From contig DASXLG010000304.1 in NCBI GenBank assembly GCA_036496425.1, positions 7,919-71,918 on the forward strand: a stretch of 64,000 nt of DNA, in the 5' to 3' direction. The stretch comes from Terriglobia bacterium. GTDB lineage: Bacteria > Acidobacteriota > Terriglobia > 20CM-2-55-15. Numbering within the stretch: the first letter of the stretch is position 1; each line of letters starts with the position of its first letter. This document shows positions 56,784 to 64,000 of this stretch, in pieces. Below the pieces are notes generated by a model. The model had not been told where the DNA came from. It did no database searches and was given only the letters and a program-made list of their open reading frames with translations. Both the position numbers and the translations under genes were made by a program.

Positions 56784-57991
56784 ACGTATCCGTAGGACTG
56801 GTCGAGGGCCGGCCGGCAGTCGAACTGGAGCTGATGGGCCCGTTTCGCGGCCCTGCCGGGAAGGTCTATCCGGCGGGCCGCCATCGATTCACATCGGAGA
56901 CTTCGCTCGAGCCCGAGGATGCATCCGGCGCATTTGCGGTCGATGACGTCACGATCGGAATCGGCTTTCACTGGGAACGCAAGGAACGCCAGGTGTTCCG
57001 TGGCGGCATTCGGATCATCAAACGCGGCGCGGGCTTTACCGTCATCAATGACGTCCCGCTCGAGGACTACGTTACCAGCGTGATTTCGTCGGAGATGAGC
57101 GCGTCCTGCCCGCTGGAAATGCTCAAGGCACATGCTGTCATCTCCCGGAGCTGGATGTGGTTTCCGAAGGAGAACCCGCATGGAAGCCGCCCGGAATCCG
57201 GAAACATTTCCACTCATGAGATTCTGCGGTGGTACGGACGGGAAGCGCATCCCGATTTCGACGTCTGCGCCGATGACCACTGCCAGCGATATCAAGGCAT
57301 CACGAAGGCCTTCTCGGATGCGGCATCCAAAGCCGTGCTCGCGACGTCGGGAGAGTTCCTCCGGTACAACGGCCGTATCTGTGATGCGCGTTTCTCGAAG
57401 TCCTGCGGCGGGGTGACGGAAATTTATTCGACCGCGTGGGAGGATCAGGACATTCCATACCTGGCGTCGGTCTATGACGGGTCCGATCCGCAACCGCCGG
57501 GTAACGCGGAAAACCTCATTCGCTCCGAGCCGCCGGCATACTGCAACACGCACGATACGCGCCTCCTGGCGCAGATTCTGCCGGGCTTCGATCAGGAGAC
57601 ACGCGACTTCTTCCGCTGGTGCGTGGACTATTCGCCCGGCGAGGCCGGAGAGCTGCTCCGATCGAGGCTGGGAGTCGACCTTGGCGAGATTCGCGAGATG
57701 GAGCCGCAGGCGCGAGGGCCCTCAGGCCGGATTTATCGGTTGAAGATCACCGGCGAGAAGGATTACCTCATCGTCGGGAAGGAACTCGAGATCCGGCGGG
57801 CACTGTCGCCGTCACACTTGTACAGTTCGGCGTTTGTGGTGGACCATGAAGGCGGCCGCTTCATCCTCCGCGGCGCCGGCTGGGGACACGGCGTGGGGTT
57901 ATGCCAGATCGGCGCCGCCGTGATGGCGAATCTGGGGAAAGAGTATCGGTCGATCTTGGGACACTACTACCGCGGTGCGACGGTGGGATAG
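56780..57991 (+). CDS. SpoIID/LytB-domain protein
   Basis: GWGHGVGLCQIGA and SRSWMW motifs typical of the SpoIID/LytB family. Confidence 0.8.
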   Translation: MNVSVGLVEGRPAVELELMGPFRGPAGKVYPAGRHRFTSETSLEPEDASGAFAVDDVTIGIGFHWERKERQVFRGGIRIIKRGAGFTVINDVPLEDYVTSVISSEMSASCPLEMLKAHAVISRSWMWFPKENPHGSRPESGNISTHEILRWYGREAHPDFDVCADDHCQRYQGITKAFSDAASKAVLATSGEFLRYNGRICDARFSKSCGGVTEIYSTAWEDQDIPYLASVYDGSDPQPPGNAENLIRSEPPAYCNTHDTRLLAQILPGFDQETRDFFRWCVDYSPGEAGELLRSRLGVDLGEIREMEPQARGPSGRIYRLKITGEKDYLIVGKELEIRRALSPSHLYSSAFVVDHEGGRFILRGAGWGHGVGLCQIGAAVMANLGKEYRSILGHYYRGATVG

Positions 57992-58030
57992 ATTATCGAA
58001 GGGACGACGGAAATCACCGGCGGGAAAGAC

Positions 58031-58825
58031 GTGCAAATCGACCAACAAAAATGCGTGGCCTGCGGAAATTGCATACCGGTGTGCCCGATGGGGGCTATCG
58101 CGATTGATACGGGCTTGAACCGGGCCGTCGTCAACACCAATGAATGCGTCGAATGCTACGCCTGCTTCCGCGGCATGAGCATGGAAAAGCTGAATCCCAC
58201 GCTTGTCCGCGGTATCCGGCGCCTCCTCAAAATCTTTCGCCTCAGGTTTGATCCCGAACCCGACGTTTGTCCGACCTCCGCCATCATCCCCGACGAGCTT
58301 TCCTGGCCTCGCGTCGTCCGGCGCGCCTTCAGCGACCCGATCGTCACGCATGAAAGTACCGGTGTCCATGGCCGCGGAACCGAGGAGGTGAAGACAAACG
58401 ATGTCACCCATCGCGTCGGCCTTGGCGAGGCGGGATATGTCATCGAGTTCGGCCGCCCGACTGTCGGCGTCTGGTTCCGCGATATCGAAAAGATGACGCG
58501 GGCGCTCGCCGGAATCGGCATCGAATTCGAGCCCAGGAATCCGGTGACCCACATGATGATCGACCGGAAGACCGGAAAGCTGCGCGACGATATCCTGAAC
58601 GAGAAAATCCTCTCGGCCATTGTCGAGTTCAAGACGGCTGTCGAGAATGTTCCAGTGGTGCTGCGGCGCGTCGATGAGGTTTCGAAGACGCTGGATACGG
58701 TGGTCTCCGTCGGCGTTTCCACGCGGTGCGATGTGGAGGGAAATAGCGCTCTGGACGGAATTCTCGCGGAAGAAGGCTTCTCATATGTCCGGGGGAAAAC
58801 GAACCTCGGTCTCGGACATGCATGA
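58031..58825 (+). CDS. 4Fe-4S dicluster ferredoxin-domain protein (264 aa) with a long C-terminal extension
   Basis: CVACGNCIPVCP and CVECYAC motifs; GTG start. Confidence 0.65.
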   Translation: MQIDQQKCVACGNCIPVCPMGAIAIDTGLNRAVVNTNECVECYACFRGMSMEKLNPTLVRGIRRLLKIFRLRFDPEPDVCPTSAIIPDELSWPRVVRRAFSDPIVTHESTGVHGRGTEEVKTNDVTHRVGLGEAGYVIEFGRPTVGVWFRDIEKMTRALAGIGIEFEPRNPVTHMMIDRKTGKLRDDILNEKILSAIVEFKTAVENVPVVLRRVDEVSKTLDTVVSVGVSTRCDVEGNSALDGILAEEGFSYVRGKTNLGLGHA

Positions 58826-59514
58826 CGAACACACTGCATCGATACGGCGAAAGCTTTGATGACGATTACATCGTCTTTGCGATACCGGCGCGTGGGATCA
58901 ACGACGGCAATGCCGCTGAAATGGAACGCCGGTTTCTGGAGATCGCCCGCAAGTACAAGCCGGTGAATATGGGCGATGCCAGTCATGGCGGAATATTCCG
59001 GCCGGCAAAGGATCTGAATCCCTCGGTGCACTGGAGTCGTCAGGAACGCCGCGACTTCGAGGGCGTCGTGAACTCTGTCTCAGGTCCGACGACTGTCGCG
59101 GTTGTTTTCGACAATCCGGATGCCGTGGTCGAATTCGTCAAGGAATTGAAGACGGCGGATCTCGGGCTCTCGATTAACATCAGCGGCGGTCTGGATCAGG
59201 CGAGAGAGTGTGCACGCCGCGCGGGGCTCGAACGGCACAGCGTCGAATACTCGTTGGGATTTTTCGGCCAGACCGATCGCATGGCGGACCGCCAGACGCT
59301 GGAGCTCTCGACCATGTGCGGTCATGGGATGCTGTCGTTCGGACTGGTCCGGAAGCTGGTCGAGTGGGTGAAGCAGGGAAGACGCACGCCCGAACAGGCC
59401 GCCGGGACGATGGCTCGATTCTGCAGTTGCGGTGTGTTCAATCCGGCGAGAGCCTGCCGGCTGATGCGGAGGCAGGGGGAAAAGGAGCGCACGCCGGGAG
59501 GGCGAAAGAACTGA
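58822..59514 (+). CDS. Hypothetical protein (230 aa), cotranscribed with the ferredoxin-like gene (4-nt overlap)
   Basis: Clean ORF; Cys pairs MCGHGM...CSCGVF suggest possible metal/cluster binding. Confidence 0.5.
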   Translation: MTNTLHRYGESFDDDYIVFAIPARGINDGNAAEMERRFLEIARKYKPVNMGDASHGGIFRPAKDLNPSVHWSRQERRDFEGVVNSVSGPTTVAVVFDNPDAVVEFVKELKTADLGLSINISGGLDQARECARRAGLERHSVEYSLGFFGQTDRMADRQTLELSTMCGHGMLSFGLVRKLVEWVKQGRRTPEQAAGTMARFCSCGVFNPARACRLMRRQGEKERTPGGRKN

Positions 59515-59619
59515 ACATGGCGCGGCGCGGGCATTTCAATAAGGTGGCGCGCTGCTGCGCCCATCCTTTTACTAAACTGGAGGCCTGAAGAGTCCAACCT
59601 GAATGACCCGAGACGGCCC

Positions 59620-59830
59620 GGTGAGACGGCCCCATTCCCCGCCTTTCCAAGGCGGGGTGGCTGCGCGCATCAAAGAGTCCCAGAATCGCGCACAGACGGG
59701 GCGGTTGGTAACTTCCATCAACAAATAAGGATCGCTTCGCGGTTCGCTTATAACCACCCCGCCCTCGGCTTCTAACGAGTTGATGCCTCAGGCACCCCTC
59801 CTTGAAAAGGAGGGGAATGGGCCCGTCTCA
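59620..59830. other. ~210-bp structured intergenic element between convergent genes, bounded by 20-bp inverted repeats (GTGAGACGGCCCCATTCCCC / GGGGAATGGGCCCGTCTCAC) with internal GC hairpins; candidate sRNA or MITE
   Basis: TIRs with 1 mismatch; internal hairpins CCCCGCC-TTTCCAA-GGCGGGG and CCCCTCC-TTGAAAA-GGAGGGG; GAGACGGCCC tandemly duplicated at the left end. Confidence 0.35.
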
Positions 59831-59880
59831 CTTTACGCGTCTTAACTCCCCGCCCGAGTCAGTCGGTGGTGCGTTCCCTT

Positions 59881-61104
59881 TCAATGCCTCACATTCCTGT
59901 ACACAAACCCGATCATCAACAAATACACCACCGAGTTCGCGACGAACACCGCCCGAATGCTGATCCCCGCCAGCAGTCCCGAGAGGATCGGGCCCACCGC
60001 CCCACCCAGCATGCTGGTTCCCGACAGCAGCGCAAACCCTGTCCCGCGATGCTCGTTCGGGATCACATGGTGCGCTGCGCTCAACGCCAGCGTCAGCGTG
60101 CCGCCGGCCAGCAGCGCGAGCATCACTCTTAAGATCGAAAACTCTCCTGTCGTCCGCACCGCCAGCATCGGCAGCAGGACGACAATGCTCAAAATCAGTC
60201 GCCACGTAATCAGCTGCCTCAGCGAAATCCTCGACGCCAGCCTTCCCGAGAGCCATGACGAAAACGCCTCCCCAAACGCCGCCACCGAAATCAGGACCCC
60301 CGCCACCATCTCCAGCGCGCCCCGCGGCGTTCCCAGTTCCTCCAGGAACAACGGCACGATCGGACCAAATGTCCGGTCCGCCATATTCACGAAAAAGAGG
60401 ATCATCATCGCCGTGAAATACTCCGGCCTCTTCCAGAACCCGAACGTCACGTCTGCGGGCTTTGGCTTCTCTTCTACCGGCGCCGCCACATCCTGATCGC
60501 GATACAACAACAGAATGCTCAAAAGCGATCCGAAGTTCACCAGCCCCGTGAACATGAAGGTGTTCCGTACACCGATCGAGGTCGCAAGAATCCCGCCCAC
60601 CAGCGGCCCCACCGCTGTACTCAAGATCTGCCAGGACTGCAGAGTGCCGATCACCGAGGGGACCTTCTCCTTCGGCGTCAGCTGCGTCACCAGCGCAACC
60701 GCGACATTCGTGAACCCGCCGAGAATCCCAAGAACGATCCGAAGCAAAAGCAGCTGCCAGACATTGTGCGCGAACGCCATCGAGAACCAGAGCAGCGCAT
60801 TGGCCGCCGTCGCCCGCGTCGCAATGAGCTTCATCCCGCGCCGGTCGCCGAGCCGCCCCCAGAGCGGGCCCATCAGCGCTGCCATCAGCGGGCTGGCGCT
60901 CAGAATCAATCCGCTCCATAACGCGATCGCCCCGGTCGACTCAATGCCGAGCTCCCGCACATAGATCGGCAGGAACGACATCACCAGCGTGTAGCCGAAA
61001 TTCATCAGCGAACCGGAGATCGTTACGGCGATCTGATTCTTTCGCCACTGCGCGTAGCGCGCGAGCCCGATAGGGCGAAGCCTCGACAAAGGCCCGAAAG
61101 ACAT
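59881..61104 (-). CDS. MFS transporter
   Basis: 407 aa, 12 predicted TM helices, GRLGDRRG-type MFS motif. Confidence 0.85.
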   Translation of the reverse strand: MSFGPLSRLRPIGLARYAQWRKNQIAVTISGSLMNFGYTLVMSFLPIYVRELGIESTGAIALWSGLILSASPLMAALMGPLWGRLGDRRGMKLIATRATAANALLWFSMAFAHNVWQLLLLRIVLGILGGFTNVAVALVTQLTPKEKVPSVIGTLQSWQILSTAVGPLVGGILATSIGVRNTFMFTGLVNFGSLLSILLLYRDQDVAAPVEEKPKPADVTFGFWKRPEYFTAMMILFFVNMADRTFGPIVPLFLEELGTPRGALEMVAGVLISVAAFGEAFSSWLSGRLASRISLRQLITWRLILSIVVLLPMLAVRTTGEFSILRVMLALLAGGTLTLALSAAHHVIPNEHRGTGFALLSGTSMLGGAVGPILSGLLAGISIRAVFVANSVVYLLMIGFVYRNVRH

Positions 61105-61106
61105 TG

Positions 61107-61628
61107 TCAGCGGAGAATCCGGAGCAGGCCGAGAATCGACTTGGCGTCTTGAATCCCGCCGTCGTCGATCATCTGGAGGGCTTTCGCGCGCGAAACGATA
61201 TCGACTTCGATCACTTCATCCTCGTCGGGATGGATGTGCGTTTTGGTGAGGTCGGTGGCCTCGTACAGATACATGAATTCCGTCGTGAAACCCGGCGTTG
61301 TCCAGAACCGTGCGCGCTCGACCATATTCGAAGCGAGATATCCCGCTTCCTCTTCGAGCTCGCGGATGGCGCACTCGCGCGGATCCTCACCTGCTTTCAA
61401 CGTGCCGGCCGGGATCTCGACCAGCTCGCGTCCGGTGGCGTGGCGGTATTGCCGGATGAGAATCACGTCTTCCGGCGTGGGCCGCGCCACGATGCACACT
61501 GCTCCCGGATGAATGACCAGCTCGCGAGAACACTCATGCCCCGCCGGTTCGATCACGCGATCCTCGCGCACCTGAACATGTCCGCCTTTGTAAGCAATCT
61601 TCGAACTTAGAATTCTGGCCTTGCTCAT
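61107..61628 (-). CDS. NUDIX hydrolase (ADP-ribose pyrophosphatase-like)
   Basis: Nudix box ECAIRELEEEAGY; start 3 nt after the MFS gene start region. Confidence 0.85.
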   Translation of the reverse strand: MSKARILSSKIAYKGGHVQVREDRVIEPAGHECSRELVIHPGAVCIVARPTPEDVILIRQYRHATGRELVEIPAGTLKAGEDPRECAIRELEEEAGYLASNMVERARFWTTPGFTTEFMYLYEATDLTKTHIHPDEDEVIEVDIVSRAKALQMIDDGGIQDAKSILGLLRILR

Positions 61629-62818
61629 TTCTGCGCCTCTAACACCGGCCTCAAGGCTTTGACGAACTTGTCGATCTGCTTTTCCGTGATGATGAATGGA
61701 GGCAGCATCCGCAGCACCGTGTCGTGAGTGCAGTTGATGATGAATCCCAGCTTCAACATCTGCTTCACGATTTCCTTGCCGGGAACCGAGAGCTCGACGG
61801 CCAGCATCAAGCCTTCGCCTCGAACCTCCTTCACCACCGGCACGTCCTGCAGCTCTTCGAGCCGCGCCTTGAAGTAGGCGCCGACCTTCCGTACGCGCTC
61901 AAGAACCTTATCGTCTTCGAGGATCTTGAAGTACTCCAGGCTGGTGCGGCACGCCAGCGGGCCGCCGCCGAAAGTGGTTCCGTGCTGTCCCGCCTGGATT
62001 GCGGCGGCCACTTTTTCATTCAAAATGACGGCGCCCATCGGAATGCCCAGCCCCAGCGGCTTCGCGAGCGCAATCATGTCCGGCAGCATCTCTTTGTCTT
62101 TCGGCGACGCGAATCGATGCAGTGCCAGCCACTGGCCGGTGCGGCCAAGCCCGCACTGGATCTCGTCGGCCACCAGCACGGCGCCGCGCTTTCTCGTCAG
62201 CTCGCGCGCCGCGCGATAGTATTTCTCCGAGATCGGACGGATGCCGCCTTCGCCCTGGATCGTCTCGATCAGGACGGCGCAAACATCGTCCGTCAGCTTT
62301 CGTTCGAGATCGCCGACGTCATCGAAGTTCACAAAATCGAATCCGGGAACCAGCGGTTCGAATGGCTCGCGATACTGTTTCTGTCCGGTCGCGGACAGCG
62401 CTCCGAATGTCCTGCCGTGAAAGGACCGATCCAGAGAGAGCACCCGGAACTTCGGCCGCGCAAAGACGCGTGCGAACTTCAGGCAGGCTTCAATCGCCTC
62501 CGTTCCGCTGTTGCTGAAGAAGGCGCGGTCGAGCCCCGACAGCTTGCAGAGCTTCTCGGCCAGCCGGCCCTGATACTCGTGATAGATGAGATTGGAGACG
62601 TGTATCGGACGCTTGATCTGTTTCCGAAGAACCTGCTTCACGCGCGGATGGTTGTATCCGAGCGCATTGACGGCGATTCCCGCCAGTAAATCCAAGTATC
62701 GTTTGTTCGATTTGTCGATCAGATACGCGCCGCTCCCCCGGTCCGCCAACAGCTCATAGCGGCTGTAGGTTCCAAGCAGATACTTTTTTTCCAGTTCCTT
62801 TACCTGCGCGAGTTGCAT
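61625..62818 (-). CDS. argD: Class III aminotransferase (acetylornithine / succinylornithine aminotransferase-like)
   Basis: SGTEAIE, DEIQCGLGRTG, PLG/TFGG motifs of PLP-dependent class III aminotransferases. Confidence 0.8.
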   Translation of the reverse strand: MQLAQVKELEKKYLLGTYSRYELLADRGSGAYLIDKSNKRYLDLLAGIAVNALGYNHPRVKQVLRKQIKRPIHVSNLIYHEYQGRLAEKLCKLSGLDRAFFSNSGTEAIEACLKFARVFARPKFRVLSLDRSFHGRTFGALSATGQKQYREPFEPLVPGFDFVNFDDVGDLERKLTDDVCAVLIETIQGEGGIRPISEKYYRAARELTRKRGAVLVADEIQCGLGRTGQWLALHRFASPKDKEMLPDMIALAKPLGLGIPMGAVILNEKVAAAIQAGQHGTTFGGGPLACRTSLEYFKILEDDKVLERVRKVGAYFKARLEELQDVPVVKEVRGEGLMLAVELSVPGKEIVKQMLKLGFIINCTHDTVLRMLPPFIITEKQIDKFVKALRPVLEAQK

Positions 62819-62853
62819 AAGTGGGACAGCTTAGCAAAAATAAGTCGAGGCCT

Positions 62854-64000
62854 ATGAAAATCCTTACACCAGAACAACTGCGCGAACTCGATCGGAAATC
62901 CACCACGCCGACGCTCATCCTGATGGAAAACGCGGGCATGCGCGTCGTCGAAGTCCTCGAAGACCGGTACGAAAATCTCGACGAACTCACCGTCGGCATC
63001 CTTTGCGGTAAAGGGAACAACGGCGGCGATGGCCTGGTTGTCGCGCGGCAATTGATTCAGAAAGGCTGCTTCCCGTTCGTTTTTCTTTTCGCTTCGGAAG
63101 AGGAAATGAAAGGGGACGCAAAAATGAACCTCGACATCCTGAGAGGTCTCGGCTACCCGCCGGCCATCGTCCTCAGCGACCAGGACTGGAGCGAAGAGAT
63201 GCTCGAGCTTCTCGACGCCGACATTATCGTCGACGCGCTTCTCGGCACCGGCGCTCGCAAGCCGGTCGAAGGTCTGTACCGAACGGTGATCGAGAGCCTG
63301 GCGGAGGAATTTCCGCGGGCCGATATCGTCGCGGTTGATGTGCCCTCGCCCGGCGTTCAAGCGGCCGTCACGGTGACATTCACGGCTTTGAAACCGTCAC
63401 TTGTCTTTTACCCCGCTTGCGATGACGCCGGAGATGTGATCCTCGCCGACATCGGCAATCCGGCCGGGCTTCTCGACAACGAGAATTACAAACTTCATCT
63501 GATCGAGCCGCACCCGTTGCCGTCCCGCTTGCCAGACAGTAACAAAGGAACCTACGGGCGCGTCCTGATCATCGGCGGCTCACGCGGCAAGACCGGCGCC
63601 GCTGCCATGGCGGGGCAGGCCGCGCTGCGGTCCGGCGCGGGGTTGGTCACGGTGGCGACCGCTGAAAGCGTTCTGCCGGTGGTCGCAGCCTCGATGCCGG
63701 AGTTGATGACCGAAGGGCTGGCTGAAACGCAGGATGGGACCATCGCGAACCAGTCGGTCACGGGCATCATGCAGGGTAAAGCTGTCGTGGCCGTCGGCCC
63801 GGGCCTGACGGCTGTGCCGGAAACGAGCGCTTTTGTCCGGAGAGTCCTGACGGAATGCCGGACGCAGCTCGTCATCGATGCGGATGGGTTGAATGCGCTG
63901 GCGGGGTTTGACGGTGAGCTTGGCGGCGCCGTGTTGACGCCGCATCCGGGAGAGATGTCACGCTTGATCGGGAAAACCATCGATTACGTGAATGGGAATC
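62854..64000 (+). CDS. nnr: Partial (3'-truncated by window end) bifunctional NAD(P)H-hydrate epimerase / ADP-dependent dehydratase (YjeF N+C)
   Basis: My own translation: MKILTPEQLRELDRKS...GILCGKGNNGGDGLVVAR (YjeF-N), then RVLIIGGSRGKTGAAAMAG (YjeF-C). No stop before 64000, so it is absent from the ORF track. Confidence 0.8.
   Translation, partial: MKILTPEQLRELDRKSTTPTLILMENAGMRVVEVLEDRYENLDELTVGILCGKGNNGGDGLVVARQLIQKGCFPFVFLFASEEEMKGDAKMNLDILRGLGYPPAIVLSDQDWSEEMLELLDADIIVDALLGTGARKPVEGLYRTVIESLAEEFPRADIVAVDVPSPGVQAAVTVTFTALKPSLVFYPACDDAGDVILADIGNPAGLLDNENYKLHLIEPHPLPSRLPDSNKGTYGRVLIIGGSRGKTGAAAMAGQAALRSGAGLVTVATAESVLPVVAASMPELMTEGLAETQDGTIANQSVTGIMQGKAVVAVGPGLTAVPETSAFVRRVLTECRTQLVIDADGLNALAGFDGELGGAVLTPHPGEMSRLIGKTIDYVNGN

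Noticed and set aside
59580-59880. Identification of the structured intergenic element as RNase P RNA, tmRNA, SRP RNA or a tRNA
   Set aside because: I could not find the conserved RNase P P4 strands (GGAAAGUCCGG / ACAGAA-CCGGCUUA), tmRNA tag or T-arm, SRP domain IV, or a tRNA cloverleaf on either strand. Left as an unclassified structured element.

Overview
This window reads as a GC-rich (~60%) chromosomal segment. An Acidobacteria-type genome is my inference, based on an ADOP-type permease remnant and a 1314-aa TonB-dependent receptor with a carboxypeptidase-regulatory-like domain.

Most of the window is conserved housekeeping synteny on either strand:
- rimP-nusA-infB-DUF503-rbfA-truB-rpsO-pnp, all on the minus strand.
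- An LPS inner-core / Kdo-heptose cluster on the minus strand: waaA-lpxK-heptosyltransferase II-gmhB-hldA-hldC-heptosyltransferase I.
- gap-pgk-tpiA-secG followed by tRNA-Leu(GAG).
- ubiD, an ECF sigma / anti-sigma pair, a PfkB kinase, an M50 protease, an AEC transporter, a truncated rlmN, a MutS-related ATPase, MFS, NUDIX, argD-like aminotransferase and a partial nnr at the window end.

The non-housekeeping content is concentrated at 3.8-8.6 kb and in several intergenic spacers:
- A 10-copy 40-bp tandem repeat array sits between a divergent FHA-GAF sigma-54 activator gene and an FN3-domain gene. The FN3 gene has a candidate sigma-54 -24/-12 promoter and a double 18-bp palindrome upstream.
- A decayed MazF-like toxin (frameshifted) with a DUF104-like antitoxin, next to the 5' remnant of an ADOP permease.
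- A ~160-bp MITE-like perfect-ish palindrome.
- A family of AT-rich hairpin elements with conserved ends, present three times downstream of plus-strand genes.
- A 29-bp GC-rich motif found three times, each 16-29 nt upstream of a start codon.
- Two paralogous gene families of secreted proteins of unknown function. One is a two-gene module duplicated in tandem, with one copy fused into a single ORF.
- A ~210-bp structured element flanked by 20-bp inverted repeats between convergent genes.

I found no transposase, integrase, CRISPR array, rRNA or recognisable defence-system genes. The candidates for undescribed biology here are the repeat array with its sigma-54 module, the recurring intergenic elements, and the duplicated secreted-protein modules.
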